Below are positions 42,203 to 49,813 of a DNA stretch of 64,000 nucleotides, piece after piece; position 1 is the stretch's first letter; every line of letters starts with the position of its first letter. The stretch spans positions 3,698 to 67,697 of the forward strand of contig JAQXEN010000025.1 of assembly GCA_029250825.1 (NCBI GenBank), in the 5' to 3' direction. The position numbers were made by a program, and so were the translations under genes. A model generated the notes under the pieces. The model was not told the origin of the DNA, ran no database searches, and saw only the letters and a program-made list of their open reading frames with translations. The DNA comes from Porticoccaceae bacterium (GTDB taxonomy: Bacteria; Pseudomonadota; Gammaproteobacteria; Pseudomonadales; Porticoccaceae).

Positions 42203-42253
42203 TACTGGGCCTCTTATTTTATCTGGCTGATGCTCTCACTAAATCCCCTAGGG

Positions 42254-43285
42254 CTAATCGAGATAGGTTACCGCCAGTGCGGCCAGTGGTCGCACTAGAC
42301 CCGCCACATTATCCGCCGCCGCATTGGAGGCATTGCCATCCACTGCTCGCTTGGCCACACCCTGACAGATAGCGGCCAGACGGAAAAAGCTAAAGGCCAT
42401 ACAGAAATTCCAGTTGCCAATTTTATCTATATTCATCAGCTCGCAGTAGTGAGCGACAATCTCTTCTTCGCTGGGAATGCCCTGACTGGCCCAGTCAATG
42501 GCACCCAGCCCACCGACCATATCTTTATTTTGCGAGGCCGGCAGTTTCATACCCATCACCAGATAGGCGAGATCCGCATAGGGATGCCCCAGTGTCGATA
42601 GTTCCCAATCGAGAACCGCGATAACCCGAGAGTTATCCTTGGCATACATAAGATTGTCGAGACGATAATCCCCGTGAACCAGAGATACCTTGCCATCATC
42701 CGCGGGCATATTGTCTCCGAGCCAAAGGATTAAGCGCTCCATATCATCGATAGACTCAAGCTCCGAGGCACGGTATTGGGCACTCCAGCGATCGAGCTGA
42801 CGCTGAAAATAGTTGCCGGGGCGGCCGTAATCCCGCAGCTCTGCCTTGTCGATATCTACCGAGTGAATGGCGGCCAGTACCCGGACCATCTCAGCGTACA
42901 TAGCGCCCCGTTGCTCTGGACTCTCCACCTCATTGAGCTCTGGACGCCAGTGGATATTGCCTTCGCAAAATTCCATCAGATAAAACATCGAGCCAATAAT
43001 GTCCCGGTTTTCGCAGAGATGATAGGCCTTGGCCACTGGCACCTCAGTGTCGGCTAGGGCTTTGATAACGCGATACTCACGATCTACCGCATGGGCGGAT
43101 TTGAGCAGTTCACCTGGTGGCTGACGACGCAGAACGTAGCTGCCGGAGGCGGCATCGATCTTAAAGGTCGGATTGGACTGACCACCGGCAAATTTGCTCA
43201 CCGTAATGGGTCCAACAAAGCCATCGACTTGAGCTTCTAGGTAGGCGAGCAATTTAACTTCATTTAGCGCGTTAACTTGAGACAT
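42254..43285 (-). CDS. phosphotransferase-family kinase (APH fold, ACAD10/11 N-terminal-domain / LvaA-like)
   Basis: 343 aa with FAGGQSNPTFKI...YVLRRQPPGELLKSAHAVDREYRV, catalytic loop LVHGDYRLDNLMY, and VLDWELSTLGHP. Confidence 0.8.
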   Translation of the reverse strand: MSQVNALNEVKLLAYLEAQVDGFVGPITVSKFAGGQSNPTFKIDAASGSYVLRRQPPGELLKSAHAVDREYRVIKALADTEVPVAKAYHLCENRDIIGSMFYLMEFCEGNIHWRPELNEVESPEQRGAMYAEMVRVLAAIHSVDIDKAELRDYGRPGNYFQRQLDRWSAQYRASELESIDDMERLILWLGDNMPADDGKVSLVHGDYRLDNLMYAKDNSRVIAVLDWELSTLGHPYADLAYLVMGMKLPASQNKDMVGGLGAIDWASQGIPSEEEIVAHYCELMNIDKIGNWNFCMAFSFFRLAAICQGVAKRAVDGNASNAAADNVAGLVRPLAALAVTYLD

Positions 43286-43659
43286 AAACGTGTATTCCAG
43301 AGTAAATATAATTCTTATTATCGATCGTGGAGACTCAGCACGACCGTTTTGAGTATTTTATAAGGCGCTCTCAGCCTTGCTTTATGCCATCTGCACTGAG
43401 CGGCGCAACGGGGGATTTTCCTGCCAGTTGCCGCTGCTCTGCCGCGCTAGTCACTTGGATAATGTTGTGACACTTATCATGCCACAATCTTGTTTTCCCT
43501 CCAAGGGAGTATCCCTCGCTTTTAACAAATGTATAGCGATAATTGATTTTGATAATGACGCAAACCGTGCCAATATAAAAGACCAATTAGAATCTGTAGC
43601 ATCAATAGCCAAGATCACTAAGCCATTGATAGAAATAAAAACAGCCCAAGAGAATTCCT

Positions 43660-44601
43660 ATGAGCAAAGCCTCCGCCGACTCGTCCTCCGCTAATACTCA
43701 AGCCACTGCACCCGCTTATACCCCGGATAAAGTCTGGACTTGGAATAAAGATGTTGGTGGAAAATTTGCCGCCATCAATCGACCCACCGCAGGTGCCACC
43801 CATGAACAGGCCCTGCCTGTGGGTAAGCATCCGCTGCAACTCTACTCTCTGGGCACACCCAATGGCGTAAAGGTCACAGTGCTTCTAGAAGAACTTCTCG
43901 AACTGGGTATTAAAGACGCCGAGTACGATGCCTGGTTAATCAATATTCAAGAGGGTGAGCAATTTAGCAGCGGCTTTGTAGAAGCCAATCCCAACTCGAA
44001 GATCCCAGCACTGATGGACCATAGCACCAGTCCTTGCAGCCGAGTTTTTGAGTCCGGCGCCATCATGCTCTATCTCGCTGAGCGATTTGACGCATTTATC
44101 CCCAAAACTCTGGCCCAACGTACTCAGTGCCTAAACTGGTTATTTTGGAATATTGGCAGCGTGCCTTTTCTTGGCGGCGGCTTTGGTCATTTCTATGCCT
44201 ATGCACCGGAAAAACTTGAATATCCGATCGAGCGTTACACTATGGAAGTCAAACGTCAGCTCGATCTGCTCGATCAGCATCTAGCTGACAACCGCTATCT
44301 CTGCGGCGACGAATACAGTATTGCCGATATGGCCAATATGGCTTGGTACGGCTCATTGGTGATGGGCAAGCTCTACGAGGCAGGTGAGTTTCTCGATGCT
44401 GCCAGCTATAAAAATGTTATCCGCTGGACTGAAGAAATCCAACTGCGCCCCGCTGTAAAACGGGGACAGCGGGTCAATCGGGTCTGGGGAGCGGAAAAAC
44501 ACCAGCTTGCTGAGCGCCACGATGCCAGTGACTTTGACAGAGATCCAAAGGACATTCTCAACGCGGTAATGGGCCGCAAGATGGGGCAAAAACAAGACTG
44601 A
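43660..44601 (+). CDS. yghU: Nu-class glutathione S-transferase / disulfide-bond oxidoreductase YghU-like
   Basis: 313 aa. KVWTWNKDVGGKFAAINRPTAGATHEQALPVGKHPLQLYSLGTPNGVKV closely parallels the E. coli YghU N-terminus as I recall it. Confidence 0.85.
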   Translation: MSKASADSSSANTQATAPAYTPDKVWTWNKDVGGKFAAINRPTAGATHEQALPVGKHPLQLYSLGTPNGVKVTVLLEELLELGIKDAEYDAWLINIQEGEQFSSGFVEANPNSKIPALMDHSTSPCSRVFESGAIMLYLAERFDAFIPKTLAQRTQCLNWLFWNIGSVPFLGGGFGHFYAYAPEKLEYPIERYTMEVKRQLDLLDQHLADNRYLCGDEYSIADMANMAWYGSLVMGKLYEAGEFLDAASYKNVIRWTEEIQLRPAVKRGQRVNRVWGAEKHQLAERHDASDFDRDPKDILNAVMGRKMGQKQD

Positions 44602-44613
44602 TAGCTAACAACT

Positions 44614-45750
44614 CTAGAGCCAAATATCCTGGTTTTCCGACCACCCCAGCTGTCGATCTAGGACTGTAGTCAACAGAGATTCGAGGCCGCAGCGTTGCAG
44701 TAGATTGGTTACATCCTGCTGCTGCGCTGGCTCTAACTGATAATATTGCCGCTGCAATTTCTGCAAAATCACAAAGCGGTATGACTGGGCCACAGCACTA
44801 ATAGTCTGTCCACGGAGACTAAATTCTGCCATGCCAAACATACGCTGAGCCAATAATCCCTGAGCTGAAGCGCCTGGCTCAGGCTGATTGTCAGCCAGCC
44901 ATTGGTTTATCACCGCTGCCGCCGCTTGAGTCTCAGGAATAAGATCCTCCGCTACCACTCTGAGCACTGTCACCAGAGTCTCGGGAATACTGTCATCCGA
45001 TAGGTAATTATCCCCTGCATCAAAGAATTCCAGTGCATCCTGATCCGCGCGATTCATGCGTTCCACCCAACGCAGGACCCGCACCCCTCGCTGCTGCATA
45101 ATCCGCAGCGGCGCAGGATCTCTTCCCAGGTGGGCATAGAGTGGCGCGATTAAACCAAAGTCACCAATGCTCGGCTTCCAACCCAACAGGTAAGGGTATT
45201 CCCGGAGATGCTGATTAAGTGCGTCGAGAAATTCTAGATAGAGCGTTTCCACCACCTCAGCGGTGTCCTCAGCAACACCGAAAAGTCTTCCCGCATATTG
45301 CATTTTCGACATCATATATTGGCACTTCGCCTCTCGCTCTGGATGCTCCGGCTGGGAGTGTAAAAAGTGGTAATGGAGAAACTCGCCGTTTTCTTCGAGA
45401 TAGTTCCAGCGATAATGCATTGCCGGACGCAGCAGGCCACTGGTGCCGATTAAGTCAAATAGCGCACTGACAATTTGCTGTTTGGGGCTTGAGGGCTGAA
45501 ATCGCCGAGAGTTGGATTGTTCAAAGTGCTCAATAATAGCGCCGCTATCGCGAATAACCGTCCCCTCCGGGGTGACTAAAACAGGAATCGTCGCCAGCTT
45601 GCTCTCGGGCAATACCTCAGACTTAAAGCTTGTGTGGCCACTGGATATCTCACGAAAGGGAACGCCGTTTTTAATCAGATAAGAACGCGCACGTCCGCTG
45701 TAGAGTGAGTGGGTTATGCCGTAGAGACTGTAGATATTCGATTTTTCCAA
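44614..45750 (-). CDS. GST-fold protein (N-terminal glutaredoxin-like domain, long C-terminal extension)
   Basis: 378 aa with SLYSGRARSYLIKNGVPF...IPVLVTPEGTVIRDSGAIIEHF (GST N-domain). Confidence 0.6.
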   Translation of the reverse strand: MEKSNIYSLYGITHSLYSGRARSYLIKNGVPFREISSGHTSFKSEVLPESKLATIPVLVTPEGTVIRDSGAIIEHFEQSNSRRFQPSSPKQQIVSALFDLIGTSGLLRPAMHYRWNYLEENGEFLHYHFLHSQPEHPEREAKCQYMMSKMQYAGRLFGVAEDTAEVVETLYLEFLDALNQHLREYPYLLGWKPSIGDFGLIAPLYAHLGRDPAPLRIMQQRGVRVLRWVERMNRADQDALEFFDAGDNYLSDDSIPETLVTVLRVVAEDLIPETQAAAAVINQWLADNQPEPGASAQGLLAQRMFGMAEFSLRGQTISAVAQSYRFVILQKLQRQYYQLEPAQQQDVTNLLQRCGLESLLTTVLDRQLGWSENQDIWL

Positions 45751-45805
45751 GTGCCGTCCGCCTGTTAGTCATTTTAAATCCAAAGTTGTTACGTAGCTCT
45801 GCAAT

Positions 45806-46006
45806 CCAGACTTGTTATCCCGCACCAAACTTCAAACCTGTCATCTCGCACCAAACTCCCAACCTGTTATCTCACACCAAACTCCAAATCTGGCATCTCG
45901 CACTAAACTCCAAACCTGTTATCTCGCACCAAACTCCAAACCTGTTATCTCGCACCAAACTCCAAACCTGTTATCTCGCACCAAACTCCAAACCTGTCAT
46001 CTCGAA
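45806..46006. repeat. 26-bp head-to-tail tandem repeat, about 7.7 copies (consensus CCAAACCTGTTATCTCGCACCAAACT)
   Basis: Unit boundaries at 45806, 45832, 45858, 45884, 45910, 45936, 45962 and 45988 (partial). Copies 5-7 are identical; copies 1-4 carry 2-4 substitutions each. Confidence 0.9.
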
Positions 46007-46125
46007 CGTATGTGAGAGATCTCAAGACGTGCCGAGGAGATCCCTCGTCTCTTCGATCTATCGGGATAACATACAAGTCGCTCTGTCTAAACGACTAGGC
46101 AATTACCCTCAGTCGACAAGAAAAC

Positions 46126-46749
46126 TCAAACAATAACCACCAAAAAATGCATCATCGACGCCAGCCATATCAGACTCACTGGAACATAAAACTGTGGTCG
46201 CAAATAGGCACTCATATTAATTTGAACCGGAAAAGAAACAGTTTTATCAATCGACGACGTTTTAAAAATATAGATTTCGGAAAAGCGTTTATCCGATGCC
46301 AACTCAATTAGATCGCGCCTAGATTTATAGCGCATCATTGCCGTTGCAGCCCATTGCGGATCACCATCACAGTTCCAGCTATCAATATAACCGCCCACTT
46401 TGCGCGCCATAAATACGGGATGTCCGCCGCGCCTAAATAACGCTTTGGCAAAGGGTTTAAAGTAACTGCTAATAACCTCTTGTGGGTCGGCGGGTTCGCC
46501 AGTTACTGGATGGGACATTTTTCCGGCATGCAGTTTGACAAAATTCTGCATCACAAATTCTTTGCCATCGTCCTCTTCGAGAAACCGCCGCAGCACATCG
46601 ATATCTGTGTACTCTGCACCTGAACCACTAGAGAATTGTCCCATATAACCATCAATTTCATCCCTTGAGACTGGTCCAGACCAATTGACATACCAGTATA
46701 AAAAAACCCCATACAGAGACGCGGCTATTATCCAAATTGAGATTATCAC
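46126..46749 (-). CDS. hypothetical membrane-anchored protein (N- and C-terminal hydrophobic segments)
   Basis: 207 aa with hydrophobic termini (MIISIWIIAASLYGVFLYWYV, VPVSLIWLASMMHFLVVIV). The central domain has no motif I can name. Confidence 0.5.
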   Translation of the reverse strand: MIISIWIIAASLYGVFLYWYVNWSGPVSRDEIDGYMGQFSSGSGAEYTDIDVLRRFLEEDDGKEFVMQNFVKLHAGKMSHPVTGEPADPQEVISSYFKPFAKALFRRGGHPVFMARKVGGYIDSWNCDGDPQWAATAMMRYKSRRDLIELASDKRFSEIYIFKTSSIDKTVSFPVQINMSAYLRPQFYVPVSLIWLASMMHFLVVIV

Positions 46750-46821
46750 GGGACTCTCCTACTGCTTTTATAGTCAGGCTTTTAAACTCAAGCTTTTAAG
46801 ATCAGGCTTTGAGCAACCGAT

Positions 46822-47112
46822 TTACACCGCGTCGAGCACTTCAATATCAGGCGCAGCGGTTACCAGTGCTCCCATTTTCTGACTGGCAGCTAAAAAATAC
46901 TCAGTCTGACCATGGGCCTTAAGAGCTTCATGATTGGCATACTGCTCAAGAACCTTGTAGACCTGTGAATCAGATTTGGTTCTGTGAAGCGCATAAAAAA
47001 CCGCTCCTGGCTCCTTCGCTAACACCTCTTCTGTGAGTGCAGTAAACAGCTCTTCAAACTCAGCATTTTTCCCTTCACGAATCGTAATTGTTGCTATAAC
47101 CCCTATTGCCAT
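46822..47112 (-). CDS. antibiotic-biosynthesis-monooxygenase (ABM, dimeric alpha/beta barrel) family protein
   Basis: 96 aa; the pattern IATITIREGKNAEFEELF ... LEQYANHEALKAHGQTEYF is typical of ABM domains. Confidence 0.7.
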   Translation of the reverse strand: MAIGVIATITIREGKNAEFEELFTALTEEVLAKEPGAVFYALHRTKSDSQVYKVLEQYANHEALKAHGQTEYFLAASQKMGALVTAAPDIEVLDAV

Positions 47113-47174
47113 GATCAGTACCTTTTATCGTTTTAGTTATGATTATTTTTCACGACTTTCTCACAAAAACCATC

Positions 47175-47219
47175 TTGTAATAAAGTGTGTTGTAATAAAG
47201 TGTCTTGTAATAAAGCGTC
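47175..47219. repeat. 15-bp tandem repeat x3 (TTGTAATAAAGTGTC)
   Basis: TTGTAATAAAGTGTG / TTGTAATAAAGTGTC / TTGTAATAAAGCGTC, between the sulfatase stop and the ABM start. Confidence 0.7.
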
Positions 47220-47231
47220 TCTAATACCCCA

Positions 47232-48992
47232 TTAATTGGGCGAATAAATATACTCATCACCCAGTTCAAAGGACTCCATCAGGGTTTTATCAATCATGAC
47301 TGGAGAATTAATCACTGGAGCATAGAGCGTCTCAACCGAGTCCTGCTGATGAGCCTTTAGCAGAGCAGTCAATTGAGCAACCATTTGGGGATGACTCGCA
47401 GCCAAATTTTTCTGCTCCGTTGGATCCTCAGCTAAATTGTATAACCACTGTTTGTAGCCATCTGTTGGGCGCTGATTGACCTGTAGTTTCCAATCCCCAT
47501 GCCGCACGCTCTGATAGTGGCCGCTGTGCCAGAACAGGGTTTCTCGCGGCCAGTCCTCGGCCCCCTGCTCAGTTGTCAGGGGCAGTAGATCAAGTCCATC
47601 AATAGCAATATCTGTAGGGGGTAAAATACCTGCAGCAGCAATCAGTGTCGGCATCATATCTATATGTGCTACCGGTGCATTTACGCGAGTGCCAGGGGCA
47701 ATTTTGGCTGGCCACTTAATAAACAGGGGCACCCGAATACCACCCTCAAATAGGGTAATTTTCCAACCGCGGTAGGGGCTGTTGATATCATCGAGGCCAA
47801 TATAGCCGGGGCCGCCATTATCACTGGTAAAGGCGACAATAGTATTTTCCCCTAAACCCTGCTCCTCTAAAGAATCTAAGATACGCCCAACACTGCGGTC
47901 TAATGCACGGATCATCGCGGCATAAACCCGCAGGCGATGAGGCCTGATATCGCCCACCGCTTCATAGTCTTCGCGAGTCGCCTGCAATGGCGTGTGCACG
48001 CCCCAGTGAGCCAGATAGAGAAAGAATGGACGATTTTTATTCGCTTCAATGACCTTGATCGACTCATCAGTCCAGTAGTCAGTCAAATAACCGCCGGGTT
48101 TAAAAGCATTTTGCTCGTCACTATTAAATGAGGCCGCATAGCGTAATCGCGCCCAGAGAAACTTATCGATGGGATCAAAGTCGAGCTTGGCATTGACCAC
48201 ATTGGCATGATTTTCTGGAAGGTAGAGTCCGCTGGACATTAGCAGGCTATCATCAAAACCTTGTTGATGAGGTGCCATGCCCTGTTCACGCCCGAGATGC
48301 CATTTGCCAATGTGAGCGGTGTAGTAACCCTGTTCTTTAAGCCTCTCTGCAACCGTGACCTCGGCGGCAGGCAAACCTTTTAATTCGTAGGGAGGCTGCC
48401 CCGCCTCTAGAGCCTTATCGTAGAACAGAGGTGGCAGGTTAGAATCCATATCAGCGTACAATTGAGCCAGCATATTACCCATCCCCGATGGCGTAGGGGT
48501 AAATTCAAAACCCGTGCGCGTAGGGTAGCGGCCGGTCATCATCATTGCTCGGGACGGCGCACAGGTACTGGCACCAGAGTAGGACTGACTAAATACTGCG
48601 CCCTCTGCGGCAAGACGATCGATACTCGGGGTTTGCACTCGGCCAGCAGCAACACCGCCGCCAAAGGTAGAGATATCGTTGAAGCCGAGATCGTCAGCGA
48701 CGATCAATATAATATTTGGCGGTTTCTCAGGTCCGCCCTTACTTCCACTATGGTTCTCAATATCAGTCTTGGCAGCATCACTTTTAGAATCACTTTTAGA
48801 ATCACTTTTAGCATCCCTAGAGAGCGCCTGCCCAGGACCCTGAGACCAGGGAATAGCTCTGTTGTCTGCCACATCATATTTGGCGACAGCCTGATACTTG
48901 ACCAACAACAGCAAAATATCAGTGCGTTTAAACCAAGCCGCTGTGCTGCCGAGCAAAACTAGCAGCAACATTGAAACCAGTGCCCTTTTCAC
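47232..48992 (-). CDS. Cys-type (formylglycine) sulfatase with N-terminal anchor/signal and a KSDS-repeat linker
   Basis: 586 aa with VADDLGFNDIS and the sulfatase signature STCAPSRAMMMTGRY (C-x-P-x-R). The GTG start overlaps the stop of the upstream crotonase gene (GTGA). Confidence 0.85.
   Translation of the reverse strand: MKRALVSMLLLVLLGSTAAWFKRTDILLLLVKYQAVAKYDVADNRAIPWSQGPGQALSRDAKSDSKSDSKSDAAKTDIENHSGSKGGPEKPPNIILIVADDLGFNDISTFGGGVAAGRVQTPSIDRLAAEGAVFSQSYSGASTCAPSRAMMMTGRYPTRTGFEFTPTPSGMGNMLAQLYADMDSNLPPLFYDKALEAGQPPYELKGLPAAEVTVAERLKEQGYYTAHIGKWHLGREQGMAPHQQGFDDSLLMSSGLYLPENHANVVNAKLDFDPIDKFLWARLRYAASFNSDEQNAFKPGGYLTDYWTDESIKVIEANKNRPFFLYLAHWGVHTPLQATREDYEAVGDIRPHRLRVYAAMIRALDRSVGRILDSLEEQGLGENTIVAFTSDNGGPGYIGLDDINSPYRGWKITLFEGGIRVPLFIKWPAKIAPGTRVNAPVAHIDMMPTLIAAAGILPPTDIAIDGLDLLPLTTEQGAEDWPRETLFWHSGHYQSVRHGDWKLQVNQRPTDGYKQWLYNLAEDPTEQKNLAASHPQMVAQLTALLKAHQQDSVETLYAPVINSPVMIDKTLMESFELGDEYIYSPN
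48777..48812. repeat. in-frame 12-bp tandem repeat x3 inside the sulfatase gene (encodes SKSD SKSD SKSD on the minus strand)
   Basis: ATCACTTTTAGA / ATCACTTTTAGA / ATCACTTTTAGC. Confidence 0.75.
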
Positions 48993-49684
48993 TTTAAGCC
49001 ATTAACTATAGGAGCGTAATAGGCTTGCTTGATCGCTTTAAAAATACTCGGCTCTTTACAGGCCAACTGCTGTGCCAGCTCTGTGGCGCTGTCTAACAGG
49101 CTCTCCGCCGATGCCTTGCCATCGGCGAAACCGGCCGCTATGGCTTCATCTGCATCGTAACGCTTGCCGGTGAGCACCGCGTCACGGACTGTAGCCGCCG
49201 GTAATCTTAGGCGCAAAAACTCCATCATACCCTGGGGTAGAGGCACCCCGGCATCTACTTCTGAGATGCAGATCCAACCGCGGTCTTGGCGCATAATTCG
49301 ATAATCACAGGACAGTGCAACAAAGGCACCGCCAGCAAAGGCATGACCGTTTACCGCGGCGACTGTAGGAAAGGGCAACATTAGCAGACGTCGGTGAATT
49401 TCATTCATCTGCTCAGCAAATAAGCTCCAATCAGCGCCGTCGAGTTTATTTAACACTTCAAGGTTAAGACCATTACTGAAAAATTTGGCTTCGCCAATCA
49501 ACACCATTGCGGTGCCTGGTGTGGGGTTTTCTTCAAGTTTATCGAGAATCTCTAACATCCTCCGCTGCCAATCCAAACAGATCATATTTTCACTGTTATT
49601 CATGGTCACCGTATAAACCGCACCCGCTTTACTTAATTCAATCACTGACCTATTCCTTAACCTGCTATTTTTTATTATTGACAC
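48989..49684 (-). CDS. enoyl-CoA hydratase/isomerase (crotonase) family protein
   Basis: 231 aa with FFSNGLNL ... AAVNGHAFAGGAFVALSCDYRI. Confidence 0.75.
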   Translation of the reverse strand: MSIIKNSRLRNRSVIELSKAGAVYTVTMNNSENMICLDWQRRMLEILDKLEENPTPGTAMVLIGEAKFFSNGLNLEVLNKLDGADWSLFAEQMNEIHRRLLMLPFPTVAAVNGHAFAGGAFVALSCDYRIMRQDRGWICISEVDAGVPLPQGMMEFLRLRLPAATVRDAVLTGKRYDADEAIAAGFADGKASAESLLDSATELAQQLACKEPSIFKAIKQAYYAPIVNGLK

Positions 49685-49813
49685 ACTATATGTCAGTTTA
49701 TACTCTGTTTCAAAAGTATTGCAGACTCCAGTGAATTAGACAGCGCCCACTTTTTGCAATATCTTGCTTGAGGCGTCATCTTTTTATAATAATAATCGGA
49801 AAATAACCGACCT

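Noticed and set aside
43466-43486. CRP-like site TGTGACACTTATCATGCCACA upstream of yghU.
   Set aside because: Only the left half-site matches TGTGA. The right half (TCATG) deviates from TCACA, which is insufficient support.
43371-43694. Overlapping opposite-strand ORFs (71 aa and 105 aa) in the kinase/yghU divergent spacer.
   Set aside because: They overlap each other almost completely. The plus-strand ORF runs out of frame into the yghU start. Neither has an RBS or motif, so the region is better explained as a divergent promoter region.
45806-46006. Possible CRISPR array.
   Set aside because: The units are strictly head to tail with no intervening spacers, the repeat has no palindromic core, and there are no cas genes in the window.
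45705-46136. Track ORFs 45705-46136 (143 aa) and 45812-46015 (67 aa), which encode repetitive peptides across the 26-bp repeat.
   Set aside because: The repeat period of 26 bp is not a multiple of 3, so the frame rotates through the units and any frame gives a low-complexity peptide. There is no RBS. The first ORF also overlaps the start of the opposite-strand GST-like gene. Both are artefacts of the repeat.
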